A stretch of DNA of 63,037 nt, filler included, from Octopus bimaculoides (GCF_001194135.2; 8 parts of 8 records of this genome joined end to end with filler, not necessarily neighbours in it); one strand, 5' to 3'; shown: positions 12,819-25,804, numbered from the whole stretch's first letter. Numbers and translations are program-made. The notes: generated from the letters alone by a model not told the origin.

Positions 12819-13084
12819 CAAAATAACAATCACCACCAGTATTCACGCAAACACCATGGGAACAAGCCAAACGAGGACAGTTCCATACGACCACTAAGAC
12901 TGCGAGAAAAAACAGCCAGATTTCTCTCAAAAAGACTTATATAATCTTAGATTATGTTTGAAAGGCTGGTCACGGCTAGAATGTCTTGCTCAACCGCTTA
13001 AACACACAAATCACCTTCGCAACATCCCAAAACACTACTACAAAACCGCTGGCCAATGAGGGAGACTCCTCGCAGTCATTCAGT

Positions 13085-13262
13085 TTGCTAGAAATAGCAG
13101 CCATATCTTTCTCTAATAACACATCTTTAGGGGAAATAAACCCCTATATATTAGATTATGTAGTCCTAAAAAGACAGTACCTGAAAGATGGGCTGGTCAC
13201 GGCTGGAATGTTCCGGATGAAAGGTTTGTTTTATCGTAGCTGAACTAAGGCTATCAAAACTG
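13085..13262 (+). mobile_element. Interspersed repeat family F (CTAGAAATAGCAGCC motif)
   Basis: Motif recurs at 14975-15000 and 15165-15190 (reverse), 15600-15630 and 22078-22095; 3' part GGTCAYGGCTGGAATG recurs at 12969, 14880 (reverse) and 20092. Confidence 0.6.
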
Positions 13263-13524
13263 CAACAATGTCTCAGGACTCTTCCAACAGCACCAACCTT
13301 AGGAACACTCTCCTGATCAACACAGACTCCAAAACAGATTATTTATTCATTCATTTAATCATCGTCGTCGTCGTCGTTTTAACGTCCATTTTTCCATGCT
13401 TGCATGGGTCAGATGGAATTTGTTCAGGCAGATTTCTGTTGCCAGAAAGAAAATGCAGGGGGGAGCAGCTGACATTTTTCAGCTTGAGAAACACTGTCCT
13501 ATTTGATGTGAGAGAGCCCCAATA

Positions 13525-13760
13525 TCAGTGTTTCGCAACTGGGATCCATAAAAGATGCTGTTGTTAAAATCTCCATGAAATAAATCAGTTTTACTTCTAC
13601 AACACAAAATATTTTAACAATTTTTTGTTTTAATACAGTTCCTAAAAATACTTAATAATAAAAATTGGGGTTTTTTTAAACACTGGACAGCTATGAGTGT
13701 CCACTCCAGCAAAATAGGAATCGAAGGGGTCCAGAGATGAAAAAAATAGTAACCAAATCT
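13525..13760. mobile_element. hAT-like MITE copy
   Basis: Shares body (AAATAGGAATCGAAGGGGTCCA) and CAGTG-type start with the units at 15840-16546. Confidence 0.55.
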
Positions 13761-14443
13761 TCCTCAAATCACTCCCTACCAAATGTTTTGAATGGTCACA
13801 GTTAGACTACCTGTGACCAGAGCTCTGCTCAATCAGGGTGGAATTAGGGTTAAAGAACAACTACAGCCATTATAGAATCCTGTTCTCACTTCTAAATTCT
13901 CTACAAGAAATAGAATACAGTAAAACCATGAAAGTGGAAGCATCTGGAATATGGGGAATCAGGGGAGGAAGAGAGAAGGAGAGGGAGAACGAGATAAGGA
14001 GAGGCAAGAGTGGGTTGAAGGAGGAGCAGGGGAGGGAATATTGCAGAAGTTAAAACATCACAAAGTTATTTTATTCTGTAAACCAGGGTGGGTGGGGGGA
14101 GCCTTTTTTTTTAGTACCAAGGGGGTAGTTGTAAGTGCATAAAAACAGACGGGACATTTCTGTTCTGAGGAAAATAAAGCATCATTGATTGTACAAATTT
14201 ATAGTTTTGCAACTTATATTGAATTACTGTTTTATTTACTCCCAAGACTTAAACCATTTTCTTCATCATGTTTTTTAGAGGTTTTGTCAGCTGGCGGCTT
14301 CAAGTTTTAATGCAGGCGAGCAGGGTACTTCACCGCCCCTGGTCTATACAGATCTATTTCTCTATCCCAACCAGTGTGTAATGTTGGGTTGCATTCATTT
14401 GCTGAATAGTTCTTTCATCATTATTTCAGATAGAGAAAAATCT

Positions 14444-14492
14444 ATACTTCACTGATGAAGTCATAACAAGGCTGAAACATGTCTCGAGCTAT
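14444..14492 (+). ncRNA. Minimal type I hammerhead ribozyme motif (Penelope-like)
   Basis: ATACTTCA-CTGATGA-AGTC(ATAACAA)GGCT-GAAAC-AT-GTC-TCGAGCTAT: intact core, 4-bp stem II, palindromic ACATGT stem III, GUC cleavage triplet, imperfect stem I. Confidence 0.6.
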
Positions 14493-15363
14493 CTCCTATG
14501 AATCAAAATCAAAATCAAAATCATTTTGAGTCATTGACTAATATTGTCTTCTCTCTCTCCAATGTGATAATACTAATTTTACCGTATTCTCGTATTCAAT
14601 TAGGCTGGAGGGAAAATAAAACATCACAGCTGCACTCACACGTGCATGCACACACACACACACACGCACACACGCACGCACACATACACAAATCAGGGTG
14701 GAAGTGGCAATGACTGCTGTAATAGAGATGGTCACATCTTTCTGTTCCACCCAACATTTTTGCAAAAAAACAACACCAGCAACAAGAATGCCAACAATTT
14801 TATCAGCCACAGAATGCAGTAGTTTTTCTTGTTTAGCCCCAGGCCAGGCCTGATCGTAAAGACCAATAATCAAAATCATCCCACCCATGACCAACCAATA
14901 CTTGTTTCAGACAATCTATCATCTTTCTAATATTCTGTGTTATAATCTTTTCTTCCTAAGGTGTGATTTGAGGGACATTTGGCTGCTACTTCTAGTAGGT
15001 CAAACAACCAGTTACAGACGCCTCCCCTCATCTGTTCTAGATCCGTGATTCAGTTTGCTGTTTAGCCCCAGGTCAATCCTAACCCTGTCAACTCATGCTC
15101 AAAGGCATTCTACTCGTCACCGTCCTACTCTCTCCTTATTTACAATAGCAGAGAATGATCTGAGGGAGACTTGGCTGCTATTTCTAACAGAACAAGCAAC
15201 CACATATATTCATGTTGTACAGGCTTGCATGTAAGGAATACAGTTCATTAATTAATTTCACACCAATAATTAACTAAAACAGTCAGAGACCCTAGTGTTT
15301 TACAGGCCCAGGGTACATAAGGAATTAGGGTATATTATTAATTAACTTCATTGCAGGATTGGT

Positions 15364-15572
15364 TTAACCATTTTGCTACCAAACTGCCACTCCTGGTTCT
15401 GTAATAAAAAACTTCCTCTTTTAAAGCCATCTAATTAAAACTGTGCTTTAGAATTTCATGTTAATTTATCTATGTTCCAGACTTCGGCTTAAGAACAACA
15501 AAGTTATTTTACTAAATTCCTTCAATATTTTCAAAATTAATTGAAACAAAAGTATGGTAACAAAAGAATTAA
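15364..15572. mobile_element. piggyBac-like MITE family 2 (TTAA-flanked)
   Basis: Ends TTAACCATTTTGCTACC / GGTAACAAAAGAATTAA; body matches 57060-57348 and 57780-57965 in reverse. Confidence 0.7.
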
Positions 15573-15646
15573 TGAAGACTAGAACTGCTTTGTCTCTCAA
15601 CCTATTAGAAATAGCAGCCAAATCTCCTTCAATTAATCTCCTTTCA

Positions 15647-15835
15647 TTAAACCTTTAACATTCAGATTCCTCTGTCAAATGTAATGCTTATTTATTCACA
15701 TTGTTTTCAATTAATCATACATTATTTCATAGCTTTGAGGTTTCAATGATGTGAGAGGTCAGATATGGCCAGTTTGAACTGGATCTGACCAGTTTAACCC
15801 TTTAGCATTGAGATTATTCTGCCAAATGTAATGTT
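15647..15835. mobile_element. piggyBac-like MITE family 1, one internally deleted and one truncated copy
   Basis: TTAA+(A/C)CCTTTARCATT starts at 15647 and 15794; body matches 50043-50261. Confidence 0.65.
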
Positions 15836-15839
15836 TACA

Positions 15840-16546
15840 ATCTTTATTTTTATACAATTTCAAAAAATATTTAATTCAAAAAATATAACAGGATTTTTAA
15901 AACATCAAATGGCTGTGGGGATCCAACCAATTAAAACAGGAATCAAAGGTGTTCAAAGCTAAAAAAAAAATGATTGAGAAAAATAGGATTTCAGTGGTTT
16001 CCAGCCGAGGGTCCATATGATCCTTGGGGATCCATTTAGGATTTTACAAAAATTTATCTGCAATAAATTGGTCATATTTCTACAATACACAAAATGTTTT
16101 CACACTTTTTTAATACAATTCCCCAAAATATTTAATTATAAAAATATAATGAGACATCTTTAAACATTGAATGGTTGTGAGGTTTCATCCAATTAAAAGA
16201 GGAACCAAAGGGGTCGATAGAAGCATTGGGCTTCAGTGGTTATCAACTAAGGTCCATGTAAGATTTTGGGGATTTACACAAGCAAAATAGTACATAGGAT
16301 CCACAATAGTATTTCAAAGGTCCATGAAAGAAATTTTGCTTTCGATGTATTTATTGCAAGAAACAGCCAGGTTTCTTCTTCTGATGTTTTACATAGGGAA
16401 TGTGGGAATAACAAAAGGGCAATTTCAAAAGAAGTACCTATAAGACTAGTTTTTAAACAGTGAATGGCTGCGAGGGACTACTGCAATAAAATAGGAATCA
16501 AAAGGGTTCATAGATAAAAAATTTTTTAAATGGTTGAGAAACATTG
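15840..16546. mobile_element. Head-to-tail array of three hAT-like MITE units
   Basis: Units start CAGTGGTTT/ATC at 15992 and 16234; the last ends GGTTGAGAAACATTG (16546), resembling hAT-Charlie CAGTGGTTCTCAACC termini. Confidence 0.6.
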
Positions 16547-16594
16547 GTTTAGATGGATAAGAGCTGACCTAGAACTAAACCATAAAAGCAACAT

Positions 16595-16626
<32 letters not shown>

Positions 16627-17074
16627 GACACAAGCAAACAGGCTCTCTCTTGCTCTCTCTATCTCACACAAACACACACACATATATACACAGGAAATAA
16701 AATTATAGATGGAAGTTGATTACAGTAGCCGTTACAAGCCAGTGGCTGCTGCTGCCAACTGTGTCAAGGACCAACCAGTCTGCATCATGAGAAACATCTT
16801 TAGGCCATTAACTTCAGGTCACAAGATTGGGAAAGTTTTCTGGTGCAGTGACAAGGAGTGACAGGAGTTGATAGCAAAAAAGAGTACACTTGCTGAGAAA
16901 CTCACAGCCATTGTACAAACAAAATATTATGTTTCCTGAAGTCTGAAGTCGGTTAAAATAAATACTGAAGTAGTATGCACACACACACACACACACACAT
17001 CTGATAAAATTGGCACTTAGAATTTGCACTTATAAGATAGCAATCATGTTCTGCCTACGCTTATGTACATGCAT

Positions 17075-17106
<32 letters not shown>

Positions 17107-17119
17107 GTAGATAGGTAGG

Positions 17120-17155
<36 letters not shown>

Positions 17156-17209
17156 GAGATAGATAGATAATTACACACACACGTACCTATATATGAATTT
17201 TTGATTTTG

Positions 17210-17395
17210 TCCTGCTGTGTGGCACCTTGGGCAAATGTCTTCTACTAGTCCTCAGACCAGCTTAAAGCTTTGTGAGTGGATTTGGTAGACAGAAACTGAA
17301 AGGAGCCTGTTGTAGGCATGGCTATGTGGTAAGAAGCATGCCTCCCAGCCACATGCTTTCAGGCTCAGTCCCACTGCGTGACACCTTGGGCAGGT
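17210..17395 (+). mobile_element. SINE family B, two partial heads
   Basis: GGCATGGCT(A/G)TGTGGTAAGAAG, TCAGTCCCACTG and GGCACCTTGGGCAA motifs. Confidence 0.8.
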
Positions 17396-19779
17396 TTCAG
17401 GCTATTTCTGCCTCTCTTTAATACTGGACATCTCGTCTGCTAGAGATGGCAGTAGCATTCCACATGAAAATATTTGTACTCGTCTCTATTTTAGATGAGA
17501 ATACCACATATATATAAACACACACACACATACTATATATATTATGTGTGTACATATATGTGCATGTATATAAATACACACACACAAATATATACACAGA
17601 TACATATAGAAATGTATACACATACATGTGCAAATTTATCATAACACTTACATACACACATACATGAAAGAGACTTTATAGAATTACTTGGTAATGGCTG
17701 ATATTTCATCTAAAAGGTATTGATTGACCACAATAGTATGAGTGTAGATACAAAGCAATGAGATGTGTTTATGGAGGACGGGGCAAGATGTTCTGTGAGA
17801 AAATAAACCACAAACATGCCACCATTCCAAAGATCTACAGGCAAGGAAAGGGATGATTTCTTTTTGTCATCAATGACAAGCATGTCAATAATAGTAATAA
17901 TTAAATGATGACAGCACAGACAATGATAACAGTGATGATGATGATGGTGGTGGAGACAATGACAATGATGATAATGAGGTGGTGGTGATGACAACGATGA
18001 TGATAATGATGACAATGGTAATGATGATGGTGATTATAAAATGACGGCAGTAAAGACAGTGATAACAATGTTGATGAAGATGATGATGATGATGATGAGG
18101 AACTTTAGAATGATTCTTTGAGGTACTTTTAGGAAACCATTTGAAAGTCCAACGTTGTGCAGACACTTCACCAAGTGCCATTGAGCCTGCTAGAATTGGC
18201 AGCTAAACTTCCTTCCTCAAATTCTGTCCTAATGCCTTAAGACGGCTTCGGAAGGAAGGATGGTCCCATTGGACAATGTGGTCCTTGATATAAAAAAGAG
18301 GAAAGAAGAAAAAGATAGCTTGATCATATTTCTGGAACAGTTTTGATTGTAGACCTACTCAGTCAGGACTGACCTGTGGTTAAATAAAAGCAATATTTTC
18401 TATGAGATGACCCTGGAAGGACATCTGGGCATCTTGATTGGGTTGGCCCTGCTGTGGTTGGGTGTAAGCGAGGGAACTGCACAGTTTCGTACTTTGAAGG
18501 GAAGGAAGGAGGGAGGGAGGTAAAGAACACCATGATGATGATGATGATGATGATGATAGTGATGATAACGATAATATGTATTGCACTCGTTATTGATATT
18601 AAAGACCAAGAAAAAAGCAAACAAAGACAAAAGTAATAGGGGAACAACAACAACAACAACAACAGGAAAAAACTACAGTAACAACAAGAACAATAGAACC
18701 CATTAAAACACACACACACACGCATGCATGCATGCACCCGCACACACGCCTGAAAAAGGGGTCATTTGAAAACTGATGAAACAGACTATGTAATAAGTTG
18801 CACTTTCTATTTACTGCAGATAGAGGGGGAGGGGGGAAGAGGAGACAGGNNNNNNNNNNNNNNNNNNNNNNNNNNNNNNNNNNNNNNNNNNNNNNNNNNN
18901 NNNNNNNNNNNNNNNNNNNNNNNNNNNNNNNNNTGTGTGTGTGTGTGTGGTATGGAGTAGGCGGGTGTCCAGCTACATAGTGAAACACTTATTTGTGAAA
19001 TGTTCAATAGCTATCAATATTTTGGATCCAACCCAAACAACACAAAAGAGAGAGAGAGAGGGAGAGAAAGAGGGAGAGAGAGGGGGGAGGAGAGTGAGTG
19101 GGGGGGGCGATAGGGAAACGGAAAAAAAAGGAAGGTGGGAGTTCAAGATCAATGCACTGACTTTGAGCTTGTTCTTGTTATCAACATCGTTATCATTATC
19201 ATCACCACCACCACCACCACAACCAACACCATCATCAGCATCATCACCAATACCAATATCATCCCCATCATCAACATCCTCATCACTGCCGCCACCACCA
19301 CCACCACCACTATTATCATCATCATCATCAGTATCAACATCATCATCACCACTGCTATCAGCATCATAAAAAACAAACAAATCTTTTCCCCATTTTTATT
19401 CATGGTTGTAATTAGCCACCATCTGATGTAGTTCTTGGCCTTTGTTTCTCCTCCTCCTCCTCCACCGACCCCCTTCTTCAACCCTCTCTTTTGTAGTAGT
19501 TAATAGTAGTAAGTAGTGGTGGTGGTGGTGGTGGTGGTGGTGGTTATTGTGCGTTCATTCTTCCACTTAACTTTGATGATTGTACCTGCCTAACTTTACA
19601 ATGAATCAATAATTCTATGTTGGTACTTTTGCTCCTTGCAGTTACTCTACCACCATACCACTAACGGTCTCATCATTAAACCTCAGACAGCCATACCTCT
19701 ATACCACTAACAGCAATGCTACGCCCATGACTGCTCTACTATACCATACTATACCATTAACAGTTATACTATATCACTG

Positions 19780-19860
19780 ACAGCCATACTATATCACTGA
19801 TAGCCATACTATATCATTCACTGCCATACTATATCATTCACTGCCATACTATACCAGTAA
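19780..19860. repeat. 20-bp minisatellite (GCCATACTATATCAYTSA core)
   Basis: Four adjacent units with degenerate units extending over ~19650-19930. Confidence 0.85.
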
Positions 19861-20499
19861 CAGCTGTTCTATACCACCAACAGTTATAACATTGGCAGCC
19901 ATACGCCTTAATCATACCATTCGGTTGCTACCATACCTCAACAAAACCTCTTTTATTGTATTCTAACCCAACGAAACCACCCTGTGCTCAAACGCACAAC
20001 ACAAGGGTAGGCATTGTTATTTAATATTACATCACCATCATATCCACCCACACATTGAATAACAGAGTTCTCCACTCCTCTAAGAGGGGATGGTCGTGGA
20101 TTGGAATGCTTTTGATCAGGACTGGCCTGGAGAGAGCAAACCAACAGCAATAACCTACTTCCAGCATCCATCCATCCAACGCTACACAACATATCAGAGA
20201 ACGTTCCATTTCTTTTGTACTTACATACATTATGCATGTATGTGTGCATGTGAGTGTGTGTACACATGTATGTATGCATGTATAGACGCACACGCAGACA
20301 CGATATGTATTCACTAATATACAAGTGCATGTGTAGCTACGTGGCTATGCAAAAGTCATGTGCTACGGTCCCTGTGGAACTAATTCCACTATCCCCTATT
20401 CTCTTTGTTTGAACACATTCATCTGTGTGTGTATAGGTGTGCTGTGCATATATTCATGTGTTTATATATATTCATACATATATTATATATACATATATG

Positions 20500-20543
<44 letters not shown>

Positions 20544-21009
20544 NNNNNNNNNNNNNNNNNNNNNNNNNNNNNNNNNNNNNNNNNNNNNNNNNNNNNNNNN
20601 NNNNNNNNNNNNNNNNNNNNNNNNNNNNNNNNNNNNNNNNNNNNNNNNNNNNNNNNNNNNNNNNNNNNNNNNNNNNNNNNNNNNNNNNNNNNNNNNNNNN
20701 NNNNNNNNNNNNNNNNNNNNNNNNNNNNNNNNNNNNNNNNNNNNNNNNNNNNNNNNNNNNNNNNNNNNNNNNNNNNNNNNNNNNNNNNNNNNNNNNNNNN
20801 NNNNNNNNNNNNNNNNNNNNNNNNNNNNNNNNNNNNNNNNNNNNNNNNNNNNNNNNNNNNNNNNNNNNNNNNNNNNNNNNNNNNNNNNNNNNNNNNNNNN
20901 NNNNNNNNNNNNNNNNNNNNNNNNNATATATATATATATATTAAGATTATGCATACATACATATATAGGCACACTCCATCGGTTACGGCGATGAGGGTCC
21001 CATCTGATA

Positions 21010-21290
21010 CAATCAACAGAACAGATTGCTCGTGAAATTAATGTGCAAATGGTTGAGCACTCCACAGACACGTGTACCCTTAATGTAGTTCTCAGGGAGA
21101 TTCAGCATGACACAGTGTGTGACAAGGCTAGTCCTTTGAATTACAGGTACTACTCTATTTTGCCAGCTGAGTTGACTGGAGCAATGTGAAGTAAAGTGTC
21201 TTGCTCAAGGACACAATGTGTTGCTGGGAACTGAACTCACAACCTCACGGTCATGAGCGAAATGCCCTAACCACTAAGCCATGTCCCTTC
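21010..21290 (-). mobile_element. CORE-type SINE (tRNA head + CORE + family C tail)
   Basis: Minus strand reads GTGTCCTTGAGCAAGACACTTTACTTCAC..CAGCTGGCAAAATAGAGT, similar to the MIR CORE; tail shared with 44455 and 56715. Confidence 0.75.
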
Positions 21291-21699
21291 ACATATATAC
21301 ATACATGAGTACATACATATGTATGTACACACATACATATGCATGCATGTACGCATAAGTTTGTGAGTATGTATGTATATATGTGTATGTATGAATGTGT
21401 GTGGTGAGGAGTTTCAGTGGCACATTCTCAATTATATAATTGTCTGTAGGAAAGACCCACCAGGTGTAAAATCTCTCTGGTAAACGCTCCTGTGTGCCTG
21501 TCTGCCTGCCTACCTGCCTCTTGATCACTGACTGTAAAAAAAACTGAAGTGTGGCAACACGAATGCACCCAAGTCGATTGACACTTCTAAATTAAACTCC
21601 CCTGAAAAGCTTGGACAATACAAGAAGCAGTTGAAGCAATCAACCTAAATCACAGTGGTGATCCACATAGGCTCAGGGACAGGAAGTGCAGAGTTGTAC

Positions 21700-22078
21700 A
21701 AGCGTGTCCCCTGGGATGATGAGATGAAAACACAATCTTGAGAAAGCTGGCAACAACAGAACATGAATGAGTACAGTAATTATGGACTCCCAAGAAAACC
21801 TTTGGACATAAACTTGAAGGACACAATAAATGCATTGTGTAAAATTTTCAGTGGAAAGCACTCATTGCTTTGGAAGTGTCTGAACATAGAGAAAGACAAT
21901 GATGAGGACTACATCAGATATGCTGGTAGATTTAACAGGGAATGCGACAAGTTTAAACTGGACAAATTAACGTCAGATATGTTCAAATGCCTGATTTTTA
22001 CATAAGGACTGACTGCCAAAAAGGGCGCAGAAGTTAGAACTAGAATTCTCATGAAACTGGAACAAAACCAGTTTTGAC
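21700..22078 (+). pseudogene. Ty3/Gypsy gag remnant (K02A2.6/Mag-like), frameshifted
   Basis: WDDEMKT / LRKLATTEHE / YSNYGLPRKP..CLNIEKDNDEDYIRYAGRFNRECDKFKLDKLTSDMFKCLIF*GLTAKKGAEVRTRILMKLEQ matches the recalled K02A2.6-like gag pattern. Confidence 0.75.
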
Positions 22079-22479
22079 TGCTATTTCTAGCAGATCATAT
22101 GACCATATTGCAGCTCCTTTGTCAGCTTGTATTGTGAGTTTCATGCCTTTTCTAAACAGTAGCAGTGTAAAGGATGTGGTAGGCAAGAGCTTATTAATAG
22201 CTCTATTGTGTTTGTCACACTTATCGAGGATATTGCTGTTGTTTGAGGTCAGACTTGCATCAACGAAAGATATGATAAATGCAAAAAAACCCAAGAGAGA
22301 TTGATCACTGCCAGATAAAATCAATGATAAAGCTACTTTGAACTGTTTGGATCACTTAAAGTCATTAAATCTATATTCCTTCCAATGGAGGCATAAATGT
22401 TTTATCAGTTTTACTCTGTGGAAAAGACATTCTGTGCGTTTCGGTGATGGTCAGATATTCTTTAATCCGTTTTATTTGT

Positions 22480-22680
22480 TTCGGTTATTTGACTGCAGCC
22501 AAGCTGGAGCACCACCTTTTAGTTGAAGAAATCGACCCCAGAACTTATTCTTTGTAAGGCTGGTACTTACTCTATCAGTCACTTTTGCTGAACCGCTAAG
22601 TTACAGGGACATAAATACACCAACATTGGTAGTCAAGTGTTGGTATGGGGGTGTGGGAACAAACAGACACAAAGATGCAC
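22480..22680 (-). mobile_element. SINE family B 3' half
   Basis: Reverse complement of the 3' part of 45447-45872. Confidence 0.8.
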
Positions 22681-23531
22681 ACAAATATACATACATACAT
22701 ATATATACATATATATAATACAAATGATATATGAGCATATGCATGTATAGATACATATATGTACATACCTACATCTACATGTATATATAGATGCATATCC
22801 GGAGACAGGACGTCAGAAAAAGGAACGGGAACATAAAGCACAAAAACGGACTTTGTTTACAGACAACAGACGAGCCATTTATGGAACTTTGCCTTCATCA
22901 GCTGTTTAGGACGGAAAGGTCATAGCTGGAGAGGCTTTGGCCATAAACCTCATTATGGGCAGACTGTGGTGATGGTAATAGTGGTGGAAGAACAACAACA
23001 GTAATCTTAAATCTACCCCCTAAATCTACAAACTAAAATATATCCCAGACTTCACCTTGACAAATTGCTTGAGAAGATTCTGGAAAGACTGCCAGTATCT
23101 GGATACGTATCTCTAAATAATGGTCTTCCATGTGGGCACGGCGCCAAAAAACTGGTACCGTTTCATATGTAACTGATTGAAGCAACTCTAGTACTTCACT
23201 AGTTTGTTGGTATGACTCCAGAGATATGAAAGGTAGAATCTGAACTCACAACATAAAGGATTACAACTAATTTCTGTAAGGCATATAATGTGTCTATCTG
23301 TTGTTTCTTTTATGGCATCACCCAAAATAATGGTACCACCCAAACAATGGAAGCACCCAAATAACAGCAGCACCATTTAATGCTGTGTTATTATTACTAT
23401 TATTATATTAGAGGTCGATAAATTAAGTACCAGTGAAACATTGGGGTCGTTGTAACTGACTAGTCCCCTCCACCCAAATTCCAGGCCTTGTGTCTTTACT
23501 AGAAAAGGATTATTATTATCATTACTATTAC

Positions 23532-23564
<33 letters not shown>

Positions 23565-23619
23565 CATTATTATTAAAGCAGCAAGCTAGCAGAATCATTT
23601 GTTGTTGTTGGAAAGGTAA

Positions 23620-23780
23620 CAGGCTTCCACACAGTTTCCACTTACCAAATTCATGTACAAGGCATTGGTCAATCTGGGGGGTGATAGATGAAGACACTTG
23701 CACAAGATGCCACACATTGGAACTGAACTCAAAACCTCATGGTTGCAAAGCAAGCTTCTTAACCGCACAGTCATATTTGT
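23620..23780 (-). mobile_element. SINE family B 5' half
   Basis: GACACTTGCACAAGATGCCACACATTGGAACTGAAC is the reverse of the family head. Confidence 0.75.
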
Positions 23781-23939
23781 GCCTAATAAGAAAACCAAAA
23801 TCAAACTCACGTTTCATCCGATTTTTTCTTGTGAACACTCCACCCTCTGCAAATCATACACGTCCATCTTACATTTCACCAATTACTAAAGACTTTTGCT
23901 TTCTCCGCACATGTTTCATCAATTATTATATTCTTCTGT

Positions 23940-24240
23940 AGAAGAATATAATTACATTGTCTATCTTTTTTTTTGTTCAGAGACAAAAAGCTCTTTGTTT
24001 TCCAATGAAAGCAGTAGATTTTTTTCAAACTTATTTTTCTTGTCCTACTCCAAGTCGCTCTCTTTCTACGATCCATGTTGCGCTGATGTCAGTAGCCATC
24101 TACTAAGCGTTAACCCATCTGAGTATTCATTCATGCTTTTTTCAAAATTCATGTCTACTTCAGCATCTGATGCATTAATCAGGCTCTGCACCATTTCTTC
24201 ACTTAATCTGCATAAAACTGCATCAGCCAAATGCATGGCA
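23940..24240 (-). pseudogene. Possible pogo/Tigger transposase C-terminal remnant
   Basis: LSEEMVQSLINASDAEVD..GLTLSRWLL..KFEKNLLLSLENKELFVSEQKKR with stops; weak resemblance to Tigger C-termini. Confidence 0.35.
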
Positions 24241-24250
24241 GGGTATGTAC

Positions 24251-24560
24251 AGGCAGAGGCATGGCTGTGTGGTAAGAAGTTGGCTTCCCAACCATATCGT
24301 TCCAGGTTCAGTCCCACTGCATGGTAGCTTGTGAGTGGATTTCGTGGGCAGAAACTAAAAGAAGCCTGTCGTATGTATGTGTGTATATATATATATGTGT
24401 ACACACACACATGCACAGGTATGGCTGTGTGGTAAAAAGCTTGCTTCCCAATCATATGGTTTTGGGTTCAGTTCTATCGGTCTCCTTTTGTTGAACTGCT
24501 AAGTTATGGGGATGTAAACACACCAACACCGGTTGTCAAGCGGTGATGGGGGGGGGGGGG
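24251..24560 (+). mobile_element. SINE family B, rearranged partial copies
   Basis: Heads at ~24258 and ~24418; 3' module from ~24475 to the gap. Confidence 0.75.
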
Positions 24561-25804
24561 NNNNNNNNNNNNNNNNNNNNNNNNNNNNNNNNNNNNNNNN
24601 NNNNNNNNNNNNNNNNNNNNNNNNNNNNNNNNNNNNNNNNNNNNNNNNNNNNNNNNNNNNNNNNNNNNNNNNNNNNNNNNNNNNNNNNNNNNNNNNNNNN
24701 NNNNNNNNNNNNNNNNNNNNNNNNNNNNNNNNNNNNNNNNNNNNNNNNNNNNNNNNNNNNNNNNNNNNNNNNNNNNNNNNNNNNNNNNNNNNNNNNNNNN
24801 NNNNNNNNNNNNNNNNNNNNNNNNNNNNNNNNNNNNNNNNNNNNNNNNNNNNNNNNNNNNNNNNNNNNNNNNNNNNNNNNNNNNNNNNNNNNNNNNNNNN
24901 NNNNNNNNNNNNNNNNNNNNNNNNNNNNNNNNNNNNNNNNNNNNNNNNNNNNNNNNNNNNNNNNNNNNNNNNNNNNNNNNNNNNNNNNNNNNNNNNNNNN
25001 NNNNNNNNNNNNNNNNNNNNNNNNNNNNNNNNNNNNNNNNNNNNNNNNNNNNNNNNNNNNNNNNNNNNNNNNNNNNNNNNNNNNNNNNNNNNNNNNNNNN
25101 NNNNNNNNNNNNNNNNTCAAACACAAACACACACATATAGAAGTGAGCGCTGAAAAGTTCCTGGCTTCAAGGGAATCGCGAAAGGCCTGGTTGGAGGTCC
25201 AACCTTCCATGTTGGAATTCATTGACCCAGATTTTCTATAGCTGGGTGCTCTTCCTGTCATTAACCCTCACCTGTTTCCAAGTAATATTTCCGCCGAGAT
25301 CGACTTTTGGAATCGATTAAATATGTACCAAATGAGTTGTACCTGAAATTCAAAGGGTCAGCTTTGTCACATTCTGCATCATGCTGGATCACCCTGAGAA
25401 CCACTTTAATTTAAGGTACACGTGTCTGTGGGGTGCTCAGCCACTTGCATGTTAATTTCCTGTGCAGGCTGTTCTGCTGATTGGATCAACTGGAATCCTC
25501 GTCCTCATAAGCAGCAAAGTGCCAGTACCAAAAACAAAAAAAAAATACTTGGTGTAGGTGTAAGAGTTGACACACCTTTCTTCTTTAAAGACGGGGTCAA
25601 TAGTCTGAGACAATTATAAACATGTTTTTATATAAACTCATCTGACTCACATTATGGAATGTATTCGGTCACTCGATCTAAGTTAAATAGAGGGATGTGT
25701 ATATTCATTACAGTAATGATATTGTGTTGCAGTCTGAGCTAAACTAATAATTTTGTTGTGGCAGGGGATGCCGGAGGCAATGGTGTCAAGGCAAAACAAT
25801 GAGA

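Noticed and set aside
20027-20160. Minus-strand FALSRPVLIKSIPIHDHPLLEEWRT resembling RABGGTA SFSRPLLV..DDSPLIVEWRT
   Set aside because: Wrong strand and position, no clear splice sites, and the DNA matches repeat family F (compare 14845-14895); treated as coincidence.
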